From contig OZ037771.1 in NCBI GenBank assembly GCA_964035545.1, positions 11,350,480-11,414,479 of the forward strand: a DNA stretch of 64,000 nt. Reading direction: 5' to 3'. The position numbers and the translations under genes are program-made. The notes under the pieces were generated by a model, which saw only the letters and a program-made list of their open reading frames with translations, was not told where the DNA came from and did no database searches. This document shows, piece by piece, positions 12,901 through 25,600 of this stretch. The first letter of the stretch is position 1; every line of letters begins with the position of its first letter. Source of the stretch: Bugula neritina (taxonomy: Eukaryota; Animalia; Bryozoa).

Positions 12901-15900
12901 TGTTTACATGACTACTAAAGGTGCTAACAGCTAAATATAACCTACTATTACTACTATTACAACATCTATATATAACCTGATATTACTACTAAGTAGAGAG
13001 TAATAATAACTAGAAGTAGAAGTGTTATGCTGCAGAAGGTAAAGACTAACTTGAGGTCAGCGTGTTTGGCAGCTAGAAGAGCCACACACTCCATACTTCC
13101 AGTTCGAGCAGCTTTATGGGCCGGAGTCTCCCCCAGGTAGTCCTAAAGCATGCCCAAACATGTATAAAATACAAAACCGGACTTCGACCAACAGCAGTTG
13201 AAATATAGCATATTCAATGTGCAGATACAAACAGGAACAACATTTAAATAATATCACAGTTATAAGTTTCAGGAAGTTACGAGAAGTGTCAACTAGCTGA
13301 GCATAGCTTGTATGGGAGGAGTTGGCAGCTAGCAGGGCAAGCAGTCACGCAGTATGAGGAAGTATAACACTAGCCCACATAGTAGACAGTGGAAGACAGA
13401 GTAGAGAATAAAGTGGAGGATAGAGTGGAGAATAGAGAAGAGGGTAGAGTAGAGGATAGAGTAGAGGGTAGAGTAGAGTATACAGAGTAGAGGGTAGAGA
13501 AGAGGGTAGATGATTAAGTAGAGGGTAGAGTGGAGGGTAGAGAAGAGGACAGAGTGGGGGACCGCGTAAAGTATATGGAGTAGAAGAGAGAGTAGAAGAG
13601 AGAGTAGAGGATAGAGTGGAGGGTAGAGTGGAGGGTAGAGTGGAGGGTAGAGTGGAGGATAGAGTAGGGGACCGAGTGGAGTATATGGAGTAGAAGAGAG
13701 AGTAGAAGAGAGAGTAGAGGATAGAGTAGAGGGTAGAGTGGAGGGTAGAGTGGGGGACTGCGTAGAGTATATGGAGTAGAGTACACGGAGTGATATACCT
13801 TCTGGTTGAGGTCAGACCCTGAAGAGAGCAACCAGTGAAGACAGTTGGGTCTGCAGGCGTACGCTGCCAGATGAGTTGGAGATTGCTGGTAACGTGATGT
13901 CACAGGGTCAGCGGAGAGACATTGCATCAGTTTCCGTAGACAAGCCAACTACAATGAGAGAAACATGTTAGTATTGCATATCGTAGACAGTATGAAATGA
14001 GAGAGTTTCTTCATGTTGCACTGTGTAGTGCTGCATACAACACTAGCAGCCAGTGCTGCTGTGTGGTTATTGGATGGCAGCTGCAAATGCAATGCTTTGA
14101 AGTTCAAAAATCAGACCTGCAACCTATCATTGCATTGTTAGCAGTAATTCATAGTCACTGGCTGGAACAATAATCAATACTTTTAATACTGTTTGCTCGG
14201 TGTGTGTTGACATTAATTGAAAAGTTGCCATTCTTACGGTGATAGTAGCAGAAACAGGCCCACTAGCAAGCAATGGAAAAATTAAGTCTCAAATGAAATA
14301 AAAAATAAAGAACTACAGTTAGCAAACGCTTCATCAAAACAAAAACATCACATGCTGCAAGTTTTAGAAGTAAGGTATCAGCAAGTAAATATGATAAATA
14401 AGCCCATTGAAATGCAAGTAGCAGGTCATTGAGTAACTGTGAGATGTTCAATAGGCAGTCTACACAGAGCTGGAGTAGAGCAGGTGTATCCCCTTAGAAA
14501 TTAGCACATCAATGTGGAAGTCACTCATTATTCCAGTTATTAACATTTGGGAGTCCACTGAATGTTCAATACACAGAGAGTTACCTAACATCTTCAAGTT
14601 GACAACTTTTTAGACACAATATTAAAAACAAATATATCAAATATTACTACTCACATCAATACAAACAATGCTATTAGTGGTATTATTACTAATTGCTTTT
14701 ATCATTATGAATTTTCAAAAACAACTATAGAAGCTATCTGCAAGACCAATTGAACTTGCTAAATTGAAAATTTTACTTGAGGTGTTATGGCTATCTCTAT
14801 CTTTTTGTATCATACTTACACTAGCTAGTGGTTCTATGATCAAAGTGAAAATGAAATTTTGCAATTAATGAACAAAAGAAAAATCTGCTGTTTTCTGTAC
14901 ATTGCATCCTCATTGTTCTTATGACAAAAAATACAATACAATATAACTATAAGCAGTTAGCACATAATAATATTATTATCAGAATTGACTTGAATATCTG
15001 GTCGGAAGTATAAAATTAAGAATAAGTAACACTAATAGTATAACTAATAAACTATAAGTATAAGTATAAATAATAAACTATAAGTATAACTTAAACTTAG
15101 AGTAAGAGTTAGTAACTTAATTTAATTCTATAGTATACGAATAACTTCAAGTATAACTTAAACTATGATTATAACTATAGGTATAACTAATACGTTCAAG
15201 TTATTAACTTTAATCTGTAAGTCTGAAAATTAGAATTATGATAGTTTTCACTATCAGTATTACTAATTAGTACCTGCATTACCTAATTATAGTTATAGAC
15301 TATAATTAGTATCAATATGAATATGATGGGCCACGACTATCACTATCACTAAGACTATGAGTGTGGCATTGAATTTCAGTTTGACTATACCATTAGTTAC
15401 AGACAGGATTGGTATAGTTATACTTATAGTTATACAGTTACAGTTTATGTTCTACTTACAGTAAAATTACATTCGCCCGTAGCTGCTGTCACTATCAGCA
15501 TCACTATCACACTCACAGTCAGTAACTCTAACTTTAGGTTATATTTCTACTTATAGTTATGCCATTACTTATTCTCAATCTCACTGTTTTAGTTTAAGTT
15601 ACACTTACACTTTGATTTAAAGCAAAACTACATTGACATTCACCTTCGATATGCCAGTAGCCATAATAATAATAATACTAGTACTAGTAGTGACTGTAAT
15701 AGACTTTAACTTTAAGAGTAACTCACTAACTGAGGTAGACCAGCCTAATGGCCTACTCTTAGGCCTTAGGGCCTAAGAGTAAGGCCCGTAAGGGCTAAGC
15801 GGTAAGCCTAATCTAAGACTAATACTAATAGTAATGGCAATGCCAATTGCTATGGTAATGGATGATACTAATAGAACTTACCTTTCCAAAGTAAGATGCC

Positions 15901-16121
15901 CAATGTGCAGGTGTCCAGCCATAAAACTCATCTTCTAATAAACACTGCTGCTGCCCAGAGGAAACAAGTAAAAGAGATACACTTTCTATGTCTCCATCCC
16001 TGCACGCTTTGTGCAACGGATAGCGATTTTTCAAGATGTCTTCTGACGATCGATTCCACTGATTGAATTCAACTTGAAACTCGTTACTGTTGTCATCTCT
16101 ACCAAAGTAATCCATATTCAT
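9928..16121 (-). CDS. ANKRD10: Ankyrin repeat domain-containing protein 10 (about 403 aa)
   Basis: Exons 16121-15882, 13948-13799, 13142-13051, 11486-11288, 10820-10463, 10100-9928(TAA), phase-consistent, 1212 nt. SSEDILKNRYPLHKACRDGD, EDEFYGWTPAHWASYFGK, DYLGETPAHKAARTGSMEC, the basic GRKRGREDVDEDANEEWKRVR motif and the C-terminal EHSSCMVAQQGYESMMYECMLLECHGA match ANKRD10 hallmarks. Confidence 0.93.
10822..11001. repeat. 31-bp minisatellite (about 6 copies) at an ANKRD10 acceptor
   Basis: Unit GTAACAGAGTAGTAATAGCAATGTGTACAAT. The first unit overlaps the minus-strand acceptor CAG at 10823-10821. Confidence 0.95.
11925..12440. repeat. (TAC)n microsatellite (about 11925-12056) and ACAGAGTAT-type 9-bp minisatellite (12215-12440)
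   Basis: Directly visible in ANKRD10 intron 3. Confidence 0.9.
13380..13790. repeat. Purine-rich GAGGGTAGAGTG-type compound minisatellite
   Basis: Degenerate 12-mer array with a higher-order duplication, starting just inside the ANKRD10 exon-2 donor at 13798. Confidence 0.9.
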
Positions 16122-16653
16122 AATTTTGATTGACGATTGTAAAAATTAATTTGTGATATTTTTAAAAGGGAAATCGAGACCGTGAGTTTGAATCTGATGT
16201 GATTGAAAACGCGGGACCAGCGAGGCGAACGTTCGTCGACTCGTGGGTAGGCACGCAATGAATGGATTGCAATTTTATTGTATTATTGTTTACAAAATGA
16301 CGTCAGTTTACTACCACCTCTCATATGACGGTGTACGTACTACGAAAAACGATTCAATGAAAGGATTAGTGAGCACCTCATTATTGTAGGAACAATTTAG
16401 TCGTTGGACAATTTAGTCGAATGGTAAAAATGCAGATCAAAGTCACAGTAAGCAACATTAGGTACGGGATTTCCATCGACTTCGCTGATAGTCATAAGTG
16501 AACATTAACAATAACCGAGTCAGATGATATTATGCTAAATCTTAATTTTCAATGTAAAACTGGCAGTTTCTATTAAATGAATTCTTGTGAGCACCACTAA
16601 ATGTGGTGTTCTGTACTTGTAGTCAATACATCTATACCTAAACCAATATAAAG
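16122..16653. promoter_or_regulatory. Bidirectional promoter and 5' UTRs between ANKRD10 and the DELE1-like gene
   Basis: Head-to-head start codons are 532 bp apart. There is a CpG-rich patch at about 16155-16260, a FOXO-type TTGTTTAC at 16286-16293 and a palindromic CRE TGACGTCA at 16298-16305. Confidence 0.7.
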
Positions 16654-19600
16654 ATGTTGAGATTTCTACAAGGAGTTCATAAAGGTATGACATTGACTAT
16701 CACTATGAGTATGACTGATTAAGTGATACTATGAGTATGACTATGACTATAAATACAACTAGTACAGTGGTAGTAGTACTAGTAAACGTGGTACTAGTAG
16801 TAGTACTAGTAGACGTAGTAATAGTAGTAGTAATAGTAGTACTAATAGTAATACTAATAGTAAAAGTAGTACCATCGTTATACTTATACTAATACTATTA
16901 CTAAGAGTAAGTCTAATACTAATACTAATACTAATAGTAATACTTAGAGTTATACTTATAGTTATACTTATACTTATAGTAATGTTATAGATATACTTAT
17001 ACTTATAGTATTAGTTATACTTATAATACTTATAGTTATACTAATACTAGTCTAATTCAGTAATACTTATAGTTATGCCTATAGTAATAGTTATGCAATT
17101 ATAGTATTACTTATAGTTATGGGTTACTGTAGTTTTGTACACAAGTATACAAAATGGTCATTTCGTACACAAACTGCTGTCTATTTTGTGCACAAAATGA
17201 ATGATAAATTAATTCACTGGATAACCACTTGAATGATACTAGTTTACTTAAAAATGATTATTGCATCCCAGCTCTCTCTCAGCATGTTTTTGAAATATAT
17301 TCATTAACTCTGTGCTGCCATCTACTGATGACCATATCTAAACCAAAGAGCAGTTCCCCCCTAACATCTAGGTCTCACAATAATCAATAAGCATGCGGCG
17401 AAATGAAATGAGCAAGTTACTTGTGAGCAGTATGTATGACTCAAACATCAATTAATAGATAAATATAAAAATAATGTGTACTTTAGTTAATTTATATTGA
17501 TGTGTACGAAACGACCTGAAAAAGTGGGTATGAAACAGCTTGTGTACGAAATGGCTTGCACCCTTACTTTTACTATTAGTATTAGTAACATTAATAGTAT
17601 TAGTAATAGCATTGCTATCATTATCAGTGCTACTATTAGTAGTAGTACCACTAGTGGTACTACTAGTACCAATACTAATAGTAGTAGTAGTAGTACTAAT
17701 ACTTATACTGTATAAGTAGTATTATAGGTTTAACTGTATAAGTACTAGTATAACAATTGTCATCATGGTTAATGTGATTATTATAAAGTGATTAATGATT
17801 AGGATTGTGTTTTTAATTATTGGAATCGTATTTTGTGTACGTCATTACTACTATTATTAGTATAACTATTACTAGCAGTATTACTAGTGCCGTACTACTA
17901 CTAGTAATTAAATTTTGATTTACTATAACTATTAGTATCACTATTATTAAATAATTAATGATTAGTATTAATATAAATATTATAATTATTATTAGATATT
18001 GGTATATAATAATGTCATTGTCATTGTGATCATTAAGTTTGATGGTCGTTACATTTCACTTCAAGTTTCATTTTCATTTTGCAAGACCAACTTCAAATTC
18101 AATGTGGATGTGAATAATATATTAAACTAAAATTCTGAGACAGAAATTACACTTAACTTTAATGTGTATATACTGATGATTATAGTCGTAGTGAATATTA
18201 ATATGATAATAATTTCAAGTTAAAATATGACTATTAGGATTGCTATTAGTATTACTATTAGTGTTACTTTTAGTATAACACTTAAAGATAGTCTCATACT
18301 TCATACATAATCATATACTTTACTAATACTCATAGTATAACTATAAGTATTGCTATTGGCTATGCCAGTGCTCATTATTAATTAATGTTATACCTAATCG
18401 TATCCTTGTGGACTAAGACTTATACTTATACTCACTAACTTACAGTTATGCTTGTAATAGTACTGCATTACTAATGTATTAGCCCAAACAGTTGAATAGT
18501 CTTGCTTTTTCTGTTGCTGCAGAGTGTATCCGCTAACAGTTATAAACTAAGAGTAAATTTATTTCTAATATTCTCAATCAGTTATTATCTGCATTTTTAT
18601 TTGAAATACAATGTGAGTAAGTGGTTTTTAGTTTTAGTTTTAATGAGTGAAGCCAGCAGTAAAATTAACAGTATGAGTATGTAGACAATCATAATGGTTT
18701 CGCATAAACTTGAAATACACTAGCACTATTGCTATCAGTGTGGTAATCACGCAATAAATAGGTTTACTTTTCTGTAACTTTAGGTTAGGGTGATACACTA
18801 ATCATAATAATATATTTTCTAAATACTGTAATGACTACTTAGTGGTTACACTGATGGCAATCCTGCATTATTTAGATATATGCATAAAAGTAAAAAGGTC
18901 TTAATAAACTAGTGGATTATGTCATGGTGATTTAGTAGATGTGATATTTATTGATTGGGTTGAAAGTTTTAGCTGTGTGTGTTATATTTGGCTTTCATCT
19001 TTTTCAATTAGCCAATTGCTAAAAGTTTCATCAATTTTCAATTATTCATGAAAATAATGCACAAAATGTATGTATACCATGTAAGTTGTTGACAAATCGT
19101 GTTTTATAATTGAAATTAAGTTTTTATTCAATTTTCAGGTCAAGGTTGGTTTTTATTAATTTAGAATTATGATTTAGGAATGATAGAATAGAATGATATG
19201 TGTATTTTACTTTCTGTCTATGTTGATGTTAAACTGAGAAGTGAGTTTAATGCCATTCAACTCAGAATAACGCCTATTAATAGTAAAACCTAGCAGATGC
19301 AATATTGTTTCTGTGTTACTAATTTAAAGTTTGAACTATGTTTTTGAGTGTGAGTTTATAATGAAACTGTTATGTTTCGTTTTTGATCAATATTATAATA
19401 TTTGCTTTTCAGCTTTCCGTTCCAATCAGGCTTATGCCCCTTGCCAGAAAGCAGCGCATGATACTGATGAGTTTGACTGTAAGCTGCCAGATATTTCCTG
19501 TCAGAGAAGGCATGTCAACACTCTCACTACCCTTCCCTTGTCACAAGAACCTCCCAAACAGTTTGTAGTTCAATTCCCTTTATTTCCTAATGTTGGTGGT

Positions 19601-22600
19601 TATTTGAATGTTTTCAAATGCTTTATCTGCAAAAGCTTAAGTTACAATGTAATAGGAATTGATTGTAGAAATTGATAGGTCAACATTGGCCAAGTCAGTA
19701 TTACTCACATGTTTCTCCTTTTTGAAAGAATAATAGAAATTTACATGACCTTATCTTAGCGTTCAATGTACTTCTTAGCTCTGTACATATTGACTGTTGA
19801 CTTGCATAGAGTATTGTAACAGTTACAGTTAGCAATGTTCAGTGACAGTTCAATACAGGCAAATCAAAGTTGGACTAAGTTGGAGCTGAAATCAACTTTT
19901 CTACTGAAAACGTAGTTGTTTGTCAAACTAGCCAGTTTGTTTTTTATGTCTACCATACTATGAACAGTTTTATTAGCTTGGCTTAAATGTTCTAGGCCTA
20001 TATTTATTTTTTTTACTTGTTGTAGTTACCAAAAATTGTAATTTTATTTTTATTCTAATAAGAGCAATGGGTATAAATAGCAGCTTATTTTCAGTTAGTC
20101 TTCATGCTATCTCTATAGTCTATTTTTCTACAGTCTATATATATTATTCATTGTCTATGTTTCTATATAATATCTATTATTCATTGTCTATGTTTCTCTA
20201 TCATATCCATTATTCATTGCCTATGTTTCTACATAATATCCATTATTCATTGTCTATGTTTCTATATAATATGTATTATTCATTGTCTATGTTTCTATAT
20301 AATATCTATTATTCATTGCCTATGTTTCCACATCTATCTATTATTTTCTGCAGCGTGCTGACAGAGAATGGTCTGGTATCTGGTGCTTCTGCTCCTTTGC
20401 TGTCACCACGTCCAGCTTCCTCCAGACGTAGCAACGAACATGGAGGTAGACGGTTCAGTCTTCCAACAGGAATATTACCTGGTGCTGTATTTGTAAGTTT
20501 CTCCGCTAATTCATCTAGGTTTAAAGTTCAAGTTGTATTCAGTTTCACAATAGTTGTTTATTACGACATGGACAATCTCATGGTCTGCTGATTTTGTGCA
20601 GTAGAAATGAGATGTGGTAATGATAACTTAGAGATGCTTGTAGCTGGTTACTTCCTTGTAGATGAGTTATGTTTAGTAATTCTTTGACTGTGTAGTATAT
20701 AAATTACCACTGTAAAGTTAACATATAATTTACTTGGTAATTTTGTTTTTAAAAAATTTCAAAGGTTCATATATTCAACTCTTTAGCAGAATATTTAAAT
20801 TAAAGAAGTTAAATTTAATTGACTATTTTATGTACGCCAAAGTTGTGGTTATATTTAAAGCACAACACCAAAATCATAGTTATGATCGCATATTAACTCG
20901 TTCAAATCAGGTTTTTGTGATGTCGCATCTCCTTATCTAACATATATAAAACATGTTCATCTTGTCTAGTTCTATGTTTTAGGGGGCTGGATATGCAGTA
21001 TTAAAATCTGTTCACGGATGCTGCAGTGGACGAAAGCACTCCCTGGACCACTCCAAGTCAAAGTATTGTCCGGTAACACAGCTCCAACACTTGCACCAAC
21101 CAGGTGCTGTTTTACAATCAATAACTAACCTACTACCATTCACTGGTTACCCTGCTACTACTACTAGCTTCAGTATAGTGCCCAAGGCTAAAACTAGGAG
21201 AATACATGGTTCTAAGGCTGAATTCAAGGAGAATGGCCGTGAGAAACCCGTGTCAGATAAGACTACTACCAAAATGGAGTTTGAGGTGAGGCGCAGTAAT
21301 GGTTTAGATATGAATATCAGTAATATTAAGTTATCTTAGTTTAAACTATATCCTTAAAGTTCAAAAAATCGTGTTGAGGGTAGTGTAAATAAGCTCAACA
21401 TTTTCCAAACCGGTTCTGAATATTTCCCCTGCGTAAGAGTCTCTCTCACCACAATCACTGATGTCTGCGATGTAAGCTGACATAGGCTATTCTATATTGT
21501 AGAGAGCTAAGGAAGAGGTCAACAGAGTTGCTTACACACTTCTTGGAGTTGATAGGAACTCTGTAGCAGCTGACCACCTGTTGGCGATGAGGGCCTGGAG
21601 CAGTGAGTCATGCTTCTGAGTCATTCCTATATGTGATGAGTCATTCATCTGTGTGATGAGTCATTCCTCTATGTGATGAGTCATGCCTCTGTGTGATGAG
21701 TCTAATTTTGTTCAACTCAAATGTCCAACTAACGGACATGGAAAGTTTATGAACACATTCAGACGTTAAGTTGTTGCTTATGTTTCAGACAAAGAGTACG
21801 GTACTGCTGTTGACCTTTGGCATCGTACAGTGGACAAGTTCGCTACTGGAATGGCAGCAAACAGACTAGGCATGTGCTACGAGCAAGGCTTGGGGGTTGA
21901 ACAGAGCTATGAGCAGGTTGGTGTTGGGTAAAAGAGGGTTTATTCCTTCAACTTCTTAAATGTGAAGCGTAGACTCGGGTGGGGGGGGGCAAGTTCGGGC
22001 TGTGTGTTATGTAATTCCATTGTGAGTCATTGGAGTACGGAATTTCCCAGCTGTGGTTATCGCAATCATTGACCAATCACAGCAGGTGTTGCTAGAGTAT
22101 TTTACACATAACCTGTGTTCCTACGTTTTATAGGCCGCCCATTATTATGAGTTGGCTGCTAGTCACAACTGCCCTAAGGCTATGTACAGACTTGCTTTGT
22201 TACACATTAATGGACATGTCAAAGGCGGTGATGGCATGAAACTCATGCAGCAATCTGCAGATTCGAGCTGTGCCGAGGTGAGGCTATTTCCTATCTTATA
22301 CGCCAGCATATACTATCCAACTGTATATATTCCTGTCTTCTACACCAGCATATACTATTCAACAGTATATATTTAGTTCAGTTTTTTACATTCTTCACCA
22401 GGAAATTAAATCTAATCTGCACATAGTTTGAGTTCTAACAGATAGGTTTTGTCTTCAAGTTGGCTGTCTTCATGACACCCTCTCAATTTCTCTGTGGTCT
22501 TATATTATCAGCGTTATGGTGTGCAAACATATTTCTCTATCACTTTAGAAGTTACAATTTTAAAGCGGTTTTCTTCTCTATACACCTATATTATGGTGTA

Positions 22601-25600
22601 TAGAGAAGCTGCTTGTATTTTCTTGTCTAATCAACTTGCACTGCAGAATTCAGATGTCCAAAGTACATGCTGCTGTATATATTGTATATAACATGTATTA
22701 ATGCTTTGCACACCATCTCTAGGCACAAGTATTCATGGGATGTGCTCTTTTCCACCGAGGAGATTTGAAAGCCGCTGCCGAGTATTACGTGAAGGCAGCT
22801 GATCAGGAGGTGAGAGTTCAAGTTAGTCTCTGATAATATAGACATGTTGCTATGTCAGTGGTATGTGAGTATCTAGTAATATAGACATGTTTCTATGTCA
22901 GTGGTATGTGAGTATCTAGTAATATAGACATGTTTCTATGTCAGTGGTGTGTGAGTATCTAGTAATATAGACATGTTTCTATGTCAGTGGTGTGTGAATA
23001 TCTGATAATATATGCATGTTTCTATGTCAGTAGTATGTAAGTATCTAGTAATATAGACAACTATTTATATATCTAGCACTTCATTCAGTAGAGTAGAGTG
23101 CACAATGGGCTTTTATTTGATATGATCTTAAATTGAGAGTAACCAGGAGTAGAGAAATTACCAGCCGACTCTAGCACAGACCTGTCATGCTTTGCCCATT
23201 GTATATTACTTATAAACTTTTTGTTTTGGTTACAAAAAGTTGTCTTCTCTATGTTTAAGTCACTCATGAGGGAACAACTCTAAAATAATAAATGTATAAT
23301 TTCTCAAAGTCTGTTGCAACTAAAAGTACTGCAAGTGATGTTGGAAGATAGTTTCAAAAATAAGAACTTTTGATGTCTATTCTCACACCATCAACAAGGG
23401 TGGTTTTATAGCTCTGGCTGATATATACCAATGAGCTCTTCGCAACTTTCACATGTTTCTTCCAAATAATATGTTAATATTACTTTCAATATTGGTTCTC
23501 CTTAATTGAATGAGTCTTGATTAGATATTGTAATGGCTAAATTTGACTTGATTACTTCTCAGTGAACTAAGAGGGGGGGGTTAGCTGTTAGCTTAAGTGA
23601 GTCAGTCTAGACTCTAGAGTCTGTATCCACATAAAGTTTATGGTACCAGTTGGGGATAGCCAAGCTGCTGCGGTGGAAAGTTCTGGAGTATTCTGGAAGG
23701 TTTCTGCTCCCACTTCTCATGTTGTGTGTGGCTTACATTGTTTCTGTGAATGTATCTGCATTGTGGCAATGTTGTTTTGCCCTTTACTTGTACTGTACTC
23801 GCTACAGCAACTGCTACAGTAACTCAGTGTCGGTGTACAATGTTGGAGTTGTGTACCTTTTTTATTGCAGTGCACTGATGCGTATTACTATCTTGGTGTG
23901 TGCTATGAAACTGGGGCTGTAGATGAACAACCAGATGATGTCAAGGCTGCTCATTACTATAGTTTGGGGGCTGAGAAAGGCCACCCGGATGCTCAGTACA
24001 ACTTAGCGGTGTTCTACGAGGAAGGCTATGGTAAATACTAGTTTTGTTTATGTTGAGCCAAATATTTACTAATTTATGAGTTGAAAGACTCTCGTGGAAA
24101 ACACTTGATGATGATGCCAGTATGTAAGCCTTGTGGCTTTTTTATCTCTGGGTTTGGGGCTTTCCTCATCAATGATTCACCAGGCTCTAGAATTTAGGCT
24201 ATTTTTTATCCTTTGAGGTCATCCTGCGCTGTGATTGCTCAGCTTACATGTTTTTATGGCAGTTATTTGAGGAAATTGGTTTTTAAATAAAGTGCTTTAG
24301 GCTAATTAAAGACAAGATGTTTAGGCTAAAAATTTCATTGCTATTTTTATCATATTTTAATGGAAAAGCTACTGCATTGCACAATAAGTAAATCATTCCA
24401 GAGTTATAAGTTTGATTGTAGAGTGAATATTAAAAGTCTTTTAATAGTATATTTTTATATTTACACATTTTAAACAATATGAATATAATTTACATTGTTT
24501 TACTTTTTTCACTGGCAATTGACTGCTTGTTTATAACCATAGAAACATGAACTAGTAGGTACATGTGTACATGTTTATGTCTGTAAACTTTTTTACCTGT
24601 TGATTCCTATTCTTACCTTCCACAAACAAGTCACCCTGTCAGCATGTTCATCCCATGTGGCTTAACATTTCAATTTTATATCTGAATTTTGTTGCCTAAT
24701 TAAATAAGAAATTTATATATGCATTAAATAAGAAATTTATATATGCACCAACAAAGTGAGTACAGATCATTTAGAAGTTTTAAAATTAGTGTTACTAGTG
24801 CAGTCTGTGTACATAATTCTACTATTTATTTCTCCAATAAGCTATATTTAGTTGCCAACTGTTTCTACTACTTCTACTTCAGTATAATGTTATTGCAGGT
24901 AACTTAGATGTTGACAGAGAAAAGGCTATTTATTGGTTGTCAAAGTCGTCTAAACAAGGGCATGCATTGGCTAATGAGAGACTGGGAGAACTTGGTAATT
25001 GTCTTTACTCGTTACTTTGTCCAGTTTCATCTATAAGGCTGGAAGGAAATAGATTGAGCTTGTTTTTAAAAACATAGTTTCCATTTAGTTGAAAGTTTTG
25101 AACTAGAAATTGGTTTTGAATGTAAAAAATTATTAAAAATTTAGCAGGTATAACAGCTGTTTATATGATCCTAGTGATACTAGAAAACGATGCTCTTTTA
25201 ATTTAAGTTGAGCGTATTTTGGTGTCAGGAGCGTTTTCAAAGTTCCCACGCTAGTTTGAGTTGTTAAGTTATATCATATGAATATGGTAGGATGTGACAT
25301 GCATAGACTGCTCATATACCCTACACCTCTACGTTTAGATAAGGGAAGACTAGCTGACAGGTTATTTGATGCACTTGAAAGTTTCTGTCACTGGGTACTT
25401 GTACTTGTTAACAAAACGCTATCTTTCTGGGCAAACTTTCCCCTAAGACCATGGCTTTATTGAACTTGTAAAAGATAACTGCTAGTTGAACTAAAATGAT
25501 GTTCATTTAAATATCAGTGAAATTTATTATTCAGGAAAACCTACAGCTTTTCAGACTATACTTCAACTCACTAGTTTGAGAGTCATTAACTCAACACTCT

